Assembly: GCF_009914755.1 (NCBI RefSeq)
Contig: NC_060933.1
From: the human T2T-CHM13v2.0 reference genome, Homo sapiens
DNA: 64,000 nt
Strand: one strand, 5' to 3'
This document shows, one piece after another, positions 42,601-56,000 of this stretch (position 1 is the first letter of the stretch; the number at the start of each line of letters is the position of its first letter). A program made the translations under genes and the position numbers. Under the pieces are notes generated by a model. It was not told the origin of the DNA. It saw only the letters and a list, made by a program, of their open reading frames with translations, and did not search any database.

Positions 42601-45600
42601 TTCCATTCCACTCCATTTCATTCCATTCCATGCCATTCCACTGGGGTTTATTACATTCCTTTCCATTCCATTCGGGTTGAATCCATTCCTTTCCATTCCA
42701 TTCAGTTCAATTCCATTCCATTGCACTCGGGTTGATTCCATTCCATTCCATGCCATTCCATTTCATTCCGTTCCATTCCATTCCATTACATTCGGATTGA
42801 TTCTTTTTAATTCCCTTACACTCCATTACATTCCATTCCATTCGGGTAGTTTCCATTCCATTCGATTCCATTACACTCCATTGCATTGCACTCGGGTTGA
42901 TTGATTCCATTCCATTGCATTCCATTCCATTCAATTCCATTCCGGATGATTCCATTCCATTGCATTCCATTCCATTGCATTCCCCTGCACTCTGGTTGAT
43001 TCCATTCCATTCCATTCCATTCCATTCCGTTCCATTCCATTGCATTCCATTCCATTCCATTCCATTCCATTCTGTTCAGGTTAATTCCAATCCATTCCAT
43101 TCCCTTCCATTCCATTCCATTCCATTCCATTCCATTCCATTCCATTGCAATCTAGTTGATTCCATTGCATTCCATTCCATTCCATTGCATTCCATTGCAT
43201 TCCATTCCCCTGCACTCAGGTTGATTCAATTCCATTCCATTCCATTCCATTCCATTCCATTCTATTCGGGTTAATTCCATTCCATTCCATTCCCTTACAT
43301 TCCATAGCAATCGAGTTGATTCCATTCCATTCCATTCCATTCCATTCCATTCCATTCCATTCCATTCCATTCAAGTCCTTTCCATTCCATTCCACTCGTT
43401 TTCATTCCATTTTATTAGTTTCCATTGCATTCCATTCCCTTCCATTCCACTCTGGTTGATTCCATTCCTTTCCATTCCACTCGAATTCATTCCCTTCTAT
43501 TCCACTCGGAATGATTGCATTCCATTCCATTCCATTCCATTCCATTCCATTCCATTCCATTTCGTTCCATTGCATTCTATTCCGTACCATTCCATTCCAT
43601 TCCATTCCATGCCATTCCACTCGGGTTGATTCCATGGCTTTCCATTCCATTTGGGTTGAATCCATTCCATTCCATTCCATTCCATTCCATTCCATTCCAT
43701 TCCATTCCATTCTATTCCATTGCACTAGGTTTGATTCCATTCCACTGCATTCCATTCCATTCCATTCCATTCCGTTCCATTCCATTCCATTCCATTACAT
43801 TCGGATTGATTGTATTCAATTCCCTTACACTCCATTTCATTCCATTCCATTCAGGTTGTTTCCATTCCATTCCAATCCATTCCACTCCATTCCATTGCAC
43901 TCGGGTTGATTGCATTCCATTCCATTCCATTCTATTCCATTTCCTTCCATTCCATTCTATTCGGTACCATTCCATTCCATTCCATTCCAATCCATTCCAT
44001 TCCATGCCATTCCACTTGGGTTGATTCCCTTCCTTTCCATTCCATTCGGGTTGAATCCATTCCATTCCATTCCATTCCTTTCCATTCCATTGCACACGGG
44101 TTGGTTCCATTCCGTTCCTCTCCGTTCCATTCCAGATGACTCCATTCCATTGCATTCCATTCCATTCCATTCCATTGCCCTGCACTCGGGTTCATTACCT
44201 TCCATTCCATTTACTGCCATTCCATTCCATTCCATTCTATTCGGGTTAATTCCATTCCATTCCATTCCATTCCATTCCATTCCATTCCATTGCAATCGAG
44301 TTGATTCCATTCCATTCCATTCAATTCCGGATGATTCCATTCCATTGCCTTCAATTCCATTCCATTCCCCTGCACTCGGGTTGATTCCATTCCATTCCAT
44401 TCCATTCCGTTCCATTTCATTCCATTCCATTTCGTTCCTTTCCATTCTATTCCGTACCATTCCATTCCATTCCATTCCATTCCATTCCATTCCATTCCAT
44501 TCCATTCCATTCCATGCCATTCCACTCGGGTTGATTCCATTCCTTTCCATTCCATTCGACTTCAATCCATTCCAATCCATTCCATTCCATTCGATTCCAT
44601 TCTATTGCACACGGGTTCATTCCATTCCATTCCATTCCATTCCATTCCATTCCATTCCATTGCAATCTAGTTGATTCCATTGCATTCCATTCCATTGCAT
44701 TGCATTCCATTGCATTCCATTCCCCTGCACTCAGGTTGATTCCATTCCATTCCATTCCATTCCATTCCATTCTATTCGGGTTAATTCCATTCCATTCCAT
44801 TCCCTTACATTCCATAGCAATCGAGTTGATTCCATTCCATTCCATTCCATTCCATTCCATTCCATTCCATTCCAGTCCTTTCCATTCCATTCCACTCGTT
44901 TTCATTCCATTTTATTAGTTTCCATTCCATTCGATTCCCTTCCATTCCACTCTGGTTGATTCCATTCCTTTCCATTCCACTCGATTTCATTCCCTTCTAT
45001 TCCACTCGGAATGATTGCATTCCATTCCATTCCATTCCATTCCATTCCATTCCATTCCATTTCGTTCCATTGCATTCTATTCCGTACCATTCCATTCCAT
45101 TCCATTCCATGCCATTCCACTCGGGTTGATTCCATGGCTTTCCATTCCATTTGGGTTGAATCCATTCCATTCCATTCCATTCCATTCCATTCCATTCCAT
45201 TCCATTCTATTCCATTGCACTAGGTTTGATTCCATTCCACTGCATTCCATTCCATTCCATTCCATTCCGTTCCATTCCATTCCATTCCATTACATTCGGA
45301 TTGATTGTATTCAATTCCCTTACACTCCATTTCATTCCATTCCATTCAGGTTGTTTCCATTCCATTCCAATCCATTCCACTCCATTCCATTGCACTCGGG
45401 TTGATTGCATTCCATTCCATTCCATTCTATTCCATTTCCTTCCATTCCATTCTATTCAGTACCATTCCATTCCATTCCATTCGAATCCATTCCATTCCAT
45501 GCCATTCCACTTGGGTTGATTCCCTTCCTTTCCATTCCATTCGGGTTGAATCCATTCCATTCCATTCCATTCCATTCCATTCCTTTCCATTCCATTGCAC

Positions 45601-48600
45601 ACGGGTTGGTTCCATTCCGTTCCTCTCCTTTCCATTCCAGATGACTCCATTCCATTGCATTCCATTCCATTCCATTCCATTCCATTGCCCTGCACTCGGG
45701 TTCATTACCTTCCATTCCATTTATTTCCATTCCATTCCATTCCATTCTATTCGGGTTAATTCCATTCCATTCCATTCCATTCCATTCCATTCCATTCCAT
45801 TCCATTCCATTGCAATCGAGTTGATTCCATTCCATTCCATTCAATTCCGGATGATTCCATTCCATTGCCTTCAATTCCATTCCATTCCCCTGCACTCGGG
45901 TTGATTCCATTCCATTCCATTCCATTCCGTTCCATTTCATTCCATTCCATTTCGTTCCTTTCCATTCTATTCCGTACCATTCCATTCCATTCCATTCCAT
46001 TCCATTCCATTCCATTCCATGCCATTCCACTCGGGTTGATTCCATTCCTTTCCATTCCATTCGAGTTCAATCCATTCCAATCCATTCCATTCCATTCGAT
46101 TCCATTCTATTGCACACGGGTTCATTCCATTCCATTCCATTCCATTCCATTCCATTCCATTCCATTCCATTCCATTTCCTTCCATTCCATTCTATTCCGT
46201 ACCATTCCATTCCATTCCATTCCACTCCATTCCATGCCATTCCACTCGGGTTTATTCCATTCCTTTCCATTCCATTCTGGTTGAATCCATTCCATTCCAT
46301 TCCATTCCATTCGATTCCATTACATTGCACTCGGGTTGATTCCATTCCATTCCATTCCTTTACATTTCATTCCATTCCACTCCATTCCATGCCATTGCAC
46401 GCGGGTTTATTCCATTCCTTTCCATTACATTCGTGTTGAATCCATTCCATTCCATTCCATTCCATTCGATTCCATTACACTGCACTCGGGTTGATTCCAT
46501 TCCATTCCATTACATTACATTTCATTCCATTCCATTCCATTCCATTCCATTCCATTCCATTCCATTCCATGCCATTCCACTCGTGTTGATTCCATTCCTT
46601 TCCATTCCATTCGAGTTGAACCCATTCCATTCCATTCCATTCCATTCCATTCCATTGCACACGGGTTCATTCCATTCCATTCCATTCCATTCCGTTCCAT
46701 TCCATTCCGTTCCATTCCATTCCATTCCATTCTGTTCAGGTTAATTCCATTCTATTCCTTTCCCTTCCATTCCATTCCATTCCATCCCATTGCAGTCGAG
46801 TTGATTCCATTGCATTCCATTCCATTACATTCCATTGCATTCCATTCCATTCCATTCCATTCCATTCCATTACATTACATTCGGATTGATTCTATTCAAT
46901 TCCCTTACACTCCATTACATTACATTCCATTCGGGTAGTTTCCATTCCATTCCTCTCCATTCCATTGCACTCGGGTTGATTCCATTCCATTGTATTCCAT
47001 TCCATTCCACTCCATTCCATTCCATTCCATTCCATTACATTACATTCGGATTGATTCTATTCAATTCCCTTACACTCCATTACATTACATTCCATTCGGG
47101 TAGTTTCCATTCCATTCCTCTCCATTCCATTGCACTCGGGTTGATTCCATTCCATTGCATTCCATTCCATACCATTCAATTCCCTTCCGTTCCATTCCAT
47201 TCCATTACATTCGGATTGATTCTTTTCAACTCCCTTACTCTCCATTACATTCGATTCTATTCGGGTTGTTCCATTCCCTTCCATTCCATTCAATTCCACT
47301 CCATTCCATTGCACTCGGGTTGATTCCATTCCATTCCATTCCATTCCAGAAGATTCCATTCCATTGCATTCCATTACATTCCATTCCCCTGCACTCGCGT
47401 TGATTCCATTCCATTCCATTCCATTGCATTCCATTGCATTCCATTGCATTCCATTGCCCTGCACTCAGGTTGATTCCATTCCATTCCATTCCATTCCATT
47501 CCATTCCATTCTATTCGCGTTAATTCCATTCCACTCCATTCCATTACATTCCATTGCAATCGACTTGATTCCATTCCATTCCATTCCATTCCATTCAAGT
47601 CCTTTCCATTCCATTCCACTCGTGTTGATTCCATTTTATTAGTTTCCATTCCATTCCATTCCCTTCCATTCCACTCTGGTTGATTCCATTCCTTTCCATT
47701 CCACTCGAATTCATTCCCTTCTATTCCACTCGGAATGATTCCATTCCATTCCGTTCCATTCCATTCCATTCCATTCCATTTCGTTCCATTCCATTTTATT
47801 CCGTACCATTCCATTCCATTCCATTACATTCCATTACATTCCATTCCATTCCATTCCATGCCATTCCACTCGGGTTGATTCCATTGCTTTCCATTCCATT
47901 TGGGTTGAATCCATTCCATTCCATTCCATTCCATTCCATTCCATTCCATTCAATTGCACTAGGTTTGATTCCATTCCACTGCATTCCATTCCATTCCATT
48001 CCATTCCTTTCCATTCCATTCCCCTGCACTCGGGTTCATTCCATTCCATTCAATTTACTTCCATTCCATTCCATTCCATTCCATTCCATGCCATTCCACT
48101 CGCGTTGATTCCATTCCCTTCCATTCCATTCGAGTTGAATCCATTCCATTCCATTCTATTCCATTCCATTCCATTCCATTCCATTCCATTCCATTATATT
48201 CGGGTTAATTTCATTCCATTCCATTCCATTCCCTTCCATTGCATTCCATTCCATTCCATTCCATTCCATTGAAATCGAGTTGATTCCATTCCATTCCATT
48301 CCATTCCATTCCATTCCATTCCATTCCATTCCATTCCATTCCATTCTATTCGGGTTAATTCCATTCCATTCCATTCCATTCCCTTCCATTCCATTCTATT
48401 CCATTCCATTCCATTCCATTCCATTCTATTAGGGTTAATTCCATTCCATTCCATTCCATTCCATTCCATCCCATTCCATTCCATTCCATTGCAATCGAGT
48501 TGATTCCATTCCATTCCATTCCATTCCATTCCATTGAATTCCATTGAACTCGGGTTAATTCCATTCCATTCCATTCCATTCCATTCCCTTCCATTCCATT

Positions 48601-51600
48601 CTTTTCCATTCCATTCCATTCCATTCCATTCTAATAGGGTTAATTCCATTCCATTCCATTCCATTCCATTCCATCCCATTCCATTCCATTCCATTGCAAT
48701 CGAGTTGATTCCATTCCATTCCATTCCATTCCATTCCATTCCATTCCATTCAATTCCATTGAACTCGGGTTGATTCCATTCCATTCCATGCCATTCCATT
48801 TCATTCCATTCCATTCCATTCCATTCCATTCCTTTCCGTTCCATTCCATTACATTCGGATTGATTATATTCAATTCCCTTACACTCCATTACATTCTATT
48901 CCATTCGTGTTGTTTCCATTCTATTCCATTCCATTCCACTCCATTCCATTGCACTCTGGTTGATTCCATTCCATTCCCTTCCATTCCGTATGACTCCATT
49001 CCATTTCATTCCATTCCATTGCATTCCCCTGCACTGGAGTTGATTACATTCCATTCCATTCCCTTCCTTTCCGTTCCATTCCATTCTATTCGGGTTAATT
49101 CCATTCCATTCCATTACATTCCATTCCCTTCCATTCCATTCCATTCCATTCCATTCCATTCCATTCGATTCTATCCGGGTTAATTCCATTCCATTCCATT
49201 CCATTCCATTGCATTCCATTGCAATCGAGTTGATTCCATTCCATTCCATTCCATTCCATTCCATTCCATTCCATTCCGGATGATTCCATTCCATTGCCTT
49301 CCATTCCATTCCATTACCATGCTCTCGGGTTGTTTCCATTCCATTCCATTCCATTCCATTCCATTCCATTTCGTTCCATTCGATTCTATTCCGTACCATT
49401 CAATTCCATTCGATTCCATGCCATTCCATTCCATTCCAGTCCATGCCATTCCACTCGGGTTGATTTCATTCCTTTCCATTCCATTCGAGTTGTATCCTTT
49501 GCATTCCATTCCATTCCATTCGATTCCATTCCATTGCACACGGGTTCATTCCATTCCATTCCATTCCATTCCATTCCATTCCATTCCATTCCATTTCGTT
49601 CCATTCCATTCTATTCCGTACCATTCCATTCCATTCCATTCCATTCCAGTCCATTCCATGCCATTCCACTCGGGTTGATTCCATTCCTTTCCATTCCATT
49701 TGGGTTGAATCCATTCCATTCCATTCCATTCCATTCGATTCCATTACATTACACTTGGGTTCATTCCATTCCATTCCATTCCATTCCATTTCATTCCATT
49801 CCATTCCATTCCATTCCATTCCATTCCATTCCATTCCATACCATTCCATTCCATTCCATTCCATGCCATTCCACTCGGGTTGATTCCATTCCTTTCCATT
49901 CCTTTCGAGTTGAACCCATTCCATTCCATTCCATTCCATTCCATTCCATTGCACACGGGTTCATTCCATTCCATTCCATTCCATTCCATTTCGTTTTTTT
50001 CCATTCTATTCCGTACCATTCCATTCCATTCCATTCCATTCCATGCCATTCCACTCGGGTTTATTCCATTCCTTTCCATTCCATTCGGGTTCAATCCATT
50101 CCATTCCCTTCCATTCCATTCGATTCCATTCCATTGCACTCGGGTTGATTCCATTCCATTCCATGCCATTCCATTTCATTCCATTCCATTCCATTCCATT
50201 CCATTCTATTCCGTTCCATTCCATTCAATTACATTCGTATTGATTCTTTTTAATTCCCTTACACTCCATTACATTCCATTCCATTCGGGTACTTTCCATT
50301 CCATTCCATTCCATTCCACTGCATTCTATTGCACTCGGGTTGATTGATTCCATTCCATTGCATTCCATTCCATTCCATTCCCCTCAACTCGGGTGGATTC
50401 CATTCCATTCCATTCCATTCCATTCCGTTCCATTCCATTCCATTCCATTCTGTTCAGGTTAATTCCATTCCATTCCATTCCCTTCCATTCCATTGCATTC
50501 TATTCCATTCCATTCCATTCCATTCCCCTGCACTCAGTTTGATTCCATTCCATTCCATTCCATTCCGTTCCATTCCATTCCAATCCATTCTATTCGCATT
50601 AATTCCATTCAATTCCATTCCATTACATTCCATTGCAATCGAGTTGATTCCATTCCATTCCATTCAAGTCCTTTCCATTCCATTCCACTCGTGTTGATTC
50701 CATTTTATTAGTTTCCATTCCATTCCATTCCCTTCCATTCCACTCTGGTTGATTCCATTCCTTTCCATTCTACTCGAATGCATTCCCTTCTATTCCACTC
50801 TGATTGATTCCATTCCATTCTGTTCCATTCCATTCCATTTCGTTCCATTCCATTCTATTCCATTCCATTCCATTCCATTCCTTTCCATTCCACTCCGTTC
50901 CATTCCATTCCATTCCATTCCATTTCTTTCCATTCCATTCTATTCCATACCATTCCATTCCATTCCGTTCCATGCCATTCCACTCGGGTTGATTCCATTG
51001 CTTTCCATTCCATTTGGGTTGAATCCATTCCATTCCATTCCATTCCATTCCATTCCATTCCATTCCATTCCATTGCATTCCATTCCATTGCACTGGGATT
51101 GATTCCATTCCACTGCATTCCATTCCATTCCATTCCATTCCATTCCATTCCGTTCCATTCCATTCCATTACATTCGTATTGATTGTATTCAATTCCCTTA
51201 CACTCCATTACATTCCATTCCATTCGGGTTGTTTCCATTCCATTCCATTCCATTCCACTCCATTCCATTGCAGTCGGGTTGATTCCATTCCATTCCATTC
51301 CATTCCCTTCCATTCCATTTCGTTCCATTCCATTCTATTCCATACCATTCCATTCCATTCCATTCCATTCCATTCCATTCCATTCCATTCCATTCCATGC
51401 CATTCCACTCGGGTTGATTCCATTCCATTCCATTCCATTCGGGTTGAAACCATTCCATTCCATTCCATTCCATTCCATTCCATTCCGGATGATTGCATTC
51501 CATTGCCTTCCATTCAATTGCATTCCCCTGCACCCGGGTTGATTCCATTCAATTCCATTCCATTCCATTCCGTTCCATTCCATTCCATACCATTCCATTC

Positions 51601-53000
51601 CATTCCATTCCATTCTATTCGGGTTAATTCCATTCCATTCCATTCCATTCCATTCAATTTCATTGCAATCGGGTTGATTCCATTCCGTTCCATTCCATTG
51701 CATTCCATTCCATTCCATTCCATTCCATTCCATTCCATTCCATTACACTCGGGTTGATTCCATTCCTTTCCATTCCATTCGGGGTGAAGCCTTTCCATTC
51801 CATTCCATTCCTTTCGATTCCATTCCATTGCACTCGGGTTGATCCCATTCCATTGCATTCCATTCCATTCCATTACATTCCATTCCATTCCATTCCGTTC
51901 CATTCAATTCCATTACATTCGGATTGATTCTATTCAATTCCCTTACACTCCATCACATTCCATTCCATTCGGGTTGTTTCCATTCCATTCCATTCCATTC
52001 CATTCCATTCCATTCCATTCCGTATGATTCCATTCCATTGCATTCTATTTCATTCCATTCCCCTGCAGTCGGGTGGATTCCATTCTATTCCATTCCATTC
52101 CATTCCATTCCATTCCATTCCATTCCATTCCATTGAAATCGAGTTGATTCCATTCCATTGCATTCCATTCCATTCCATTCCATTCCATTCTATTCGGGTT
52201 AATTCCATTCCATTCCATTCCATTCCATTCCATTCCATTCCATTCCGGATGATTCCATTCCATTGCATTCCATTCCATTCCATTCCCCTGCACTCAGATT
52301 GATTCCATTCCATCCCATTCCTTTCCATTCCATTCCATTCCATTCTATTCGCGTTAATTCCATTCCATTCCATTCCATTCCATTACATTCCATTGCAATC
52401 GAGTTGATTCCATTCCATTCCGTTCCATTCCATTCCATTCCATTCCATTTCGATCCATTCCATTCTATTCCGTACCATTCCATTCCATTCCATTCCATTC
52501 CATTCCATTCCATTCCATGCCATTCCACTCGGGTTGATTCTATTGCTTTCCATTCCATTTGGGTTGAATCCAATCCATTCCATTGCATTCCATTCCATTC
52601 CATTCCATTCCATTGCACTAGGTTTTATTCCATTCCACTGCATTCCATTCCATTCCATTCCGTTCCATTCCATTCCATTACATTCGGATTGATTGTATTC
52701 AATTCCTTACACTCCATTACATTCCATTCCATTCGGGTTGTTTCCATTCCGTTCCATTCCATTCCATTCCATTCCATTCCACTCGTGTTGATTACATTCC
52801 TTTCCATTGCATTCAGTTTGAAGGCATTCCATTCCATTCCATTCCATTCCATTCCATTCCATTCCATTCCATTCCATTGTACTCGGGTTGATTCCATTCC
52901 ATTGCATTCCATTCCATTCCATTCCATTCCATTCCATTCCATTCCATTCCATTCCATTCCATTCCGGATGATTCCATTCCATTGCATTCCATTCCATTCC
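39700..53000 (-). repeat. Distinct HSat3 sub-domain (different word usage, few register shifts)
   Basis: Enriched in TGCACACGGG, CCATGCCATTCCACTCGGG, TTTGGGTTGAATCC and GCACTCAGG. The TCAAGTTGAATCC word common in the flanks is absent. The pentamer register is held for 2.4-4.4 kb at a time. Confidence 0.7.
43130..46150 (-). repeat. Tandem duplication, 2 x ~1.51 kb
   Basis: Shared variants: TCCATAGCAA 43301/44811, TCCATGGCTT 43631/45131, TCCAGATGAC 44131/45636, TTCATTACCT 44191/45701, TTCGTTCCTT 44431/45951. Confidence 0.9.
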
Positions 53001-56000
53001 ATTCCCCAGCACTCGGGTTGATTACGTTCCATTCCCTTCCCTTCCATTCCTTTCCATTCCATTCCATTCCATTCTATTCGGGTGAATTCCATTCCATTCC
53101 ATTCCATTCCATTCCATTCCAATCCATTCCTTTCCATTCCATTGCAATCGAGTTGAATCCATTCCATTCCATTCCATTCCGTTCCGGATGATTCCATTCC
53201 ATTGCATTCCATTCCATTCCATTCCCCTGCAGTCGGTTTGATTCCTTTCCACTCCATTCCATTCCATTCCATTTCATTCCATACCATTCCATTCCCCTGC
53301 AGTCGGTATGATTCCTTTCCATTCCATTCCATTCCGTTCCATTCCATTCCATTCCGTTCCATTCCATTCCATTCCATTCTATTCGGGTTAATTCCATTCC
53401 ATTCCTTTCCATTCCATTCCAATCGATTTAATTCCATTCCATTGCATTCCATTCCACTCCATTCCAGTCCTTTCCATTCCATTCCACTCGGGTTGATTCC
53501 ATTCTATTCCTTTCCATTCCATTCCATTGCAATCGAGTTGATTCCATTGCATTGCATTCCATTCCATTCCATTCCATTCCGGATGATTCCATTCCATTAC
53601 ATTCCATTCCATTCCATTCCCCTGCACTCGGGTTGATTCCATTCCATTCCACTCCATTCCGTTCCATTGCATTCCATTCCATTGTATTCGGGTTAATTCC
53701 ATTGCATTCCATTCCATTCCATTCCATTCCATTTCATTCCATTACAATCGAGTTGATTCCATTCCATTCCATTCCATTCCATTCCATTCCTTTCCATTCC
53801 ATTCCACTCGGGTTGATTCCATTCTATTAGTTTCCATTCCATTCCATTCCCTTCCATTCCACTCTGGTTGATTCCATTCCTTTCCATTCCACTCGAATAC
53901 ATTCCCTCCTATTCCCTCGGAACAATTCCATTCCATTCCATTCCATTCTATTCCATTCCATTTCGTTCCATTCCATTCTATTCCATACCATTCCATTCCA
54001 TTCCATTCCATTCCATTCCACTCGTGTTGATTCCATTCCTTTCCATTCCATTCGGTTTGAAGACATTCCATCCCATTCAATTCCATTCCATTCCTTTCCA
54101 TTCCATTACGGATGATTCCATTCCATTGCATTCCATTCCATTCCATTCCCCTGTACTCGGGTTGATTCCATTCCATTCCATTCCAATCCATGCCATTCCA
54201 CTCGTGTTGATTCCATTCTTTCCATTCCATTCAAGTTGAATCCATTCCATTGCATTCCATTCCATTCGATTCCATTCGATTGCACTCGGGTTGATTCCAT
54301 TCCATTCCATTCCATTCCATTCCGTTCCATTCCATTCCGTTCCATTCCATTCCATTACATTCGGATTGATTCTTTTTAACTCCCTTACTCTCCATTACAT
54401 TCCATTCCATTCGGGTTCTTCCATTCCATTCCATTCCATTCCACTCCATTCCATTGCACTCGGGTTGATTCCATTCCATTGCATTCCATTCCATTCCATT
54501 CCATTCCATTCCATTCCGGATGATTCCATTCCATTGCATTCCGTTCTATTACATTCCCCTGCAATCGCGTTGATTCCATTCCATTCCATTCCATTCCATT
54601 CGATTCCAATCCATTCCAATTCGTTCCATTCCATTCTATTCCGTACCATTCCATTCCATTCCATAGCATTCCATTCCATTCCATTCCATTCCATTTCACT
54701 CGTGTTGATTCCATTCTTTTCCATTCCATTCGGTTTGAAGCCATTCCATTCCATGCAATTCCACTCCATTCCATTCCATTCCATTACATTCCATTCCATT
54801 CCATTCCATTACATTCCATTCCATTCCATTCCATTCCATTGTACTCTGGTTGATTCCATTCCATTGCATTCCATTCCATTCCATTCCGTTCCATTCCATT
54901 CCATTACATTCGGATTGATTCTATTCAACTCCGTTACTCTCCATTACATTCCATTCCATTCGGGTTGTTCCATTCCATTCCATTCCATTCCACTGCATTC
55001 CATTGCACTCGGGTTGTTTCCATTCCATTCCATTCCATTCCATTCCATTCCGGATGATTCCATTCCATTGCATTCCGTTCCATTACATTCCCCTGCACTC
55101 GCGTTGATTCCATTCCATTCCATTCCATTCCATACCATTCCATTCCATTCCATTCCATTCCATTCCATTCCATTCCATTCCATTCCTTTCCATTCCATTA
55201 CGGATGATTCCATTCCATTACATTCCATTCCATTCCATTCCCCTGTACTCGGGTTGATTCCATTCCATTCCATTCCAATCCATGCCATTCCACTCGTGTT
55301 GATTCCATTCTTTCCATTCCATTCAAGTTGAATCCATTCCATTGCATTCCATTCCATTCGATTCCATTCGATTGCACTCGGGTTGATTCCATTCCATTGC
55401 ATTCCATTCCATTCCATTCCATTCCATTCCATTCCGTTCCATTCCATTCCATTACATTCGGATTGATTCTATTCAATTCCCTTACACTCCGTTACATTCC
55501 TTTCCATTCGGGTAGTTTCCATTCCATTCCATGCCATTCCTCTCCATTCCATTGCACTCGGGTTGATTCCATTCCATTCCATTCCATTCCATACCATTCC
55601 ATTCCATTCCATTGTACTCGGGTTGATTCCATTCCATTGCATTCCATTCCATTCCATTCCGTTCCATTCCATTCCACTACATTCGGGTTGATTCTATTCA
55701 ACTCCCTTACTCTCCATTACATTCCATTCCATTCGTGTTGTTCCATTCCATTCCATTCCATTCCACTCCATTGTATTGCACTCGGGTTGATTCCATTCCA
55801 TTCCATTCCATTCCATTCAATTCCATTCCATTCCGTTCCGGTCCGTTCCATTCCATTCCATTCGATTCCATTCCGTTCCGTTCCATTCCATTCCATTCCA
55901 TTCCATTCTATTTGGGTTAATTCCATTCCATTCCATTCGATTGCAATCGAGTTGATTCCATTCCATTCCATTCGAATGCAATCGAGTTGATTCCATTCCA

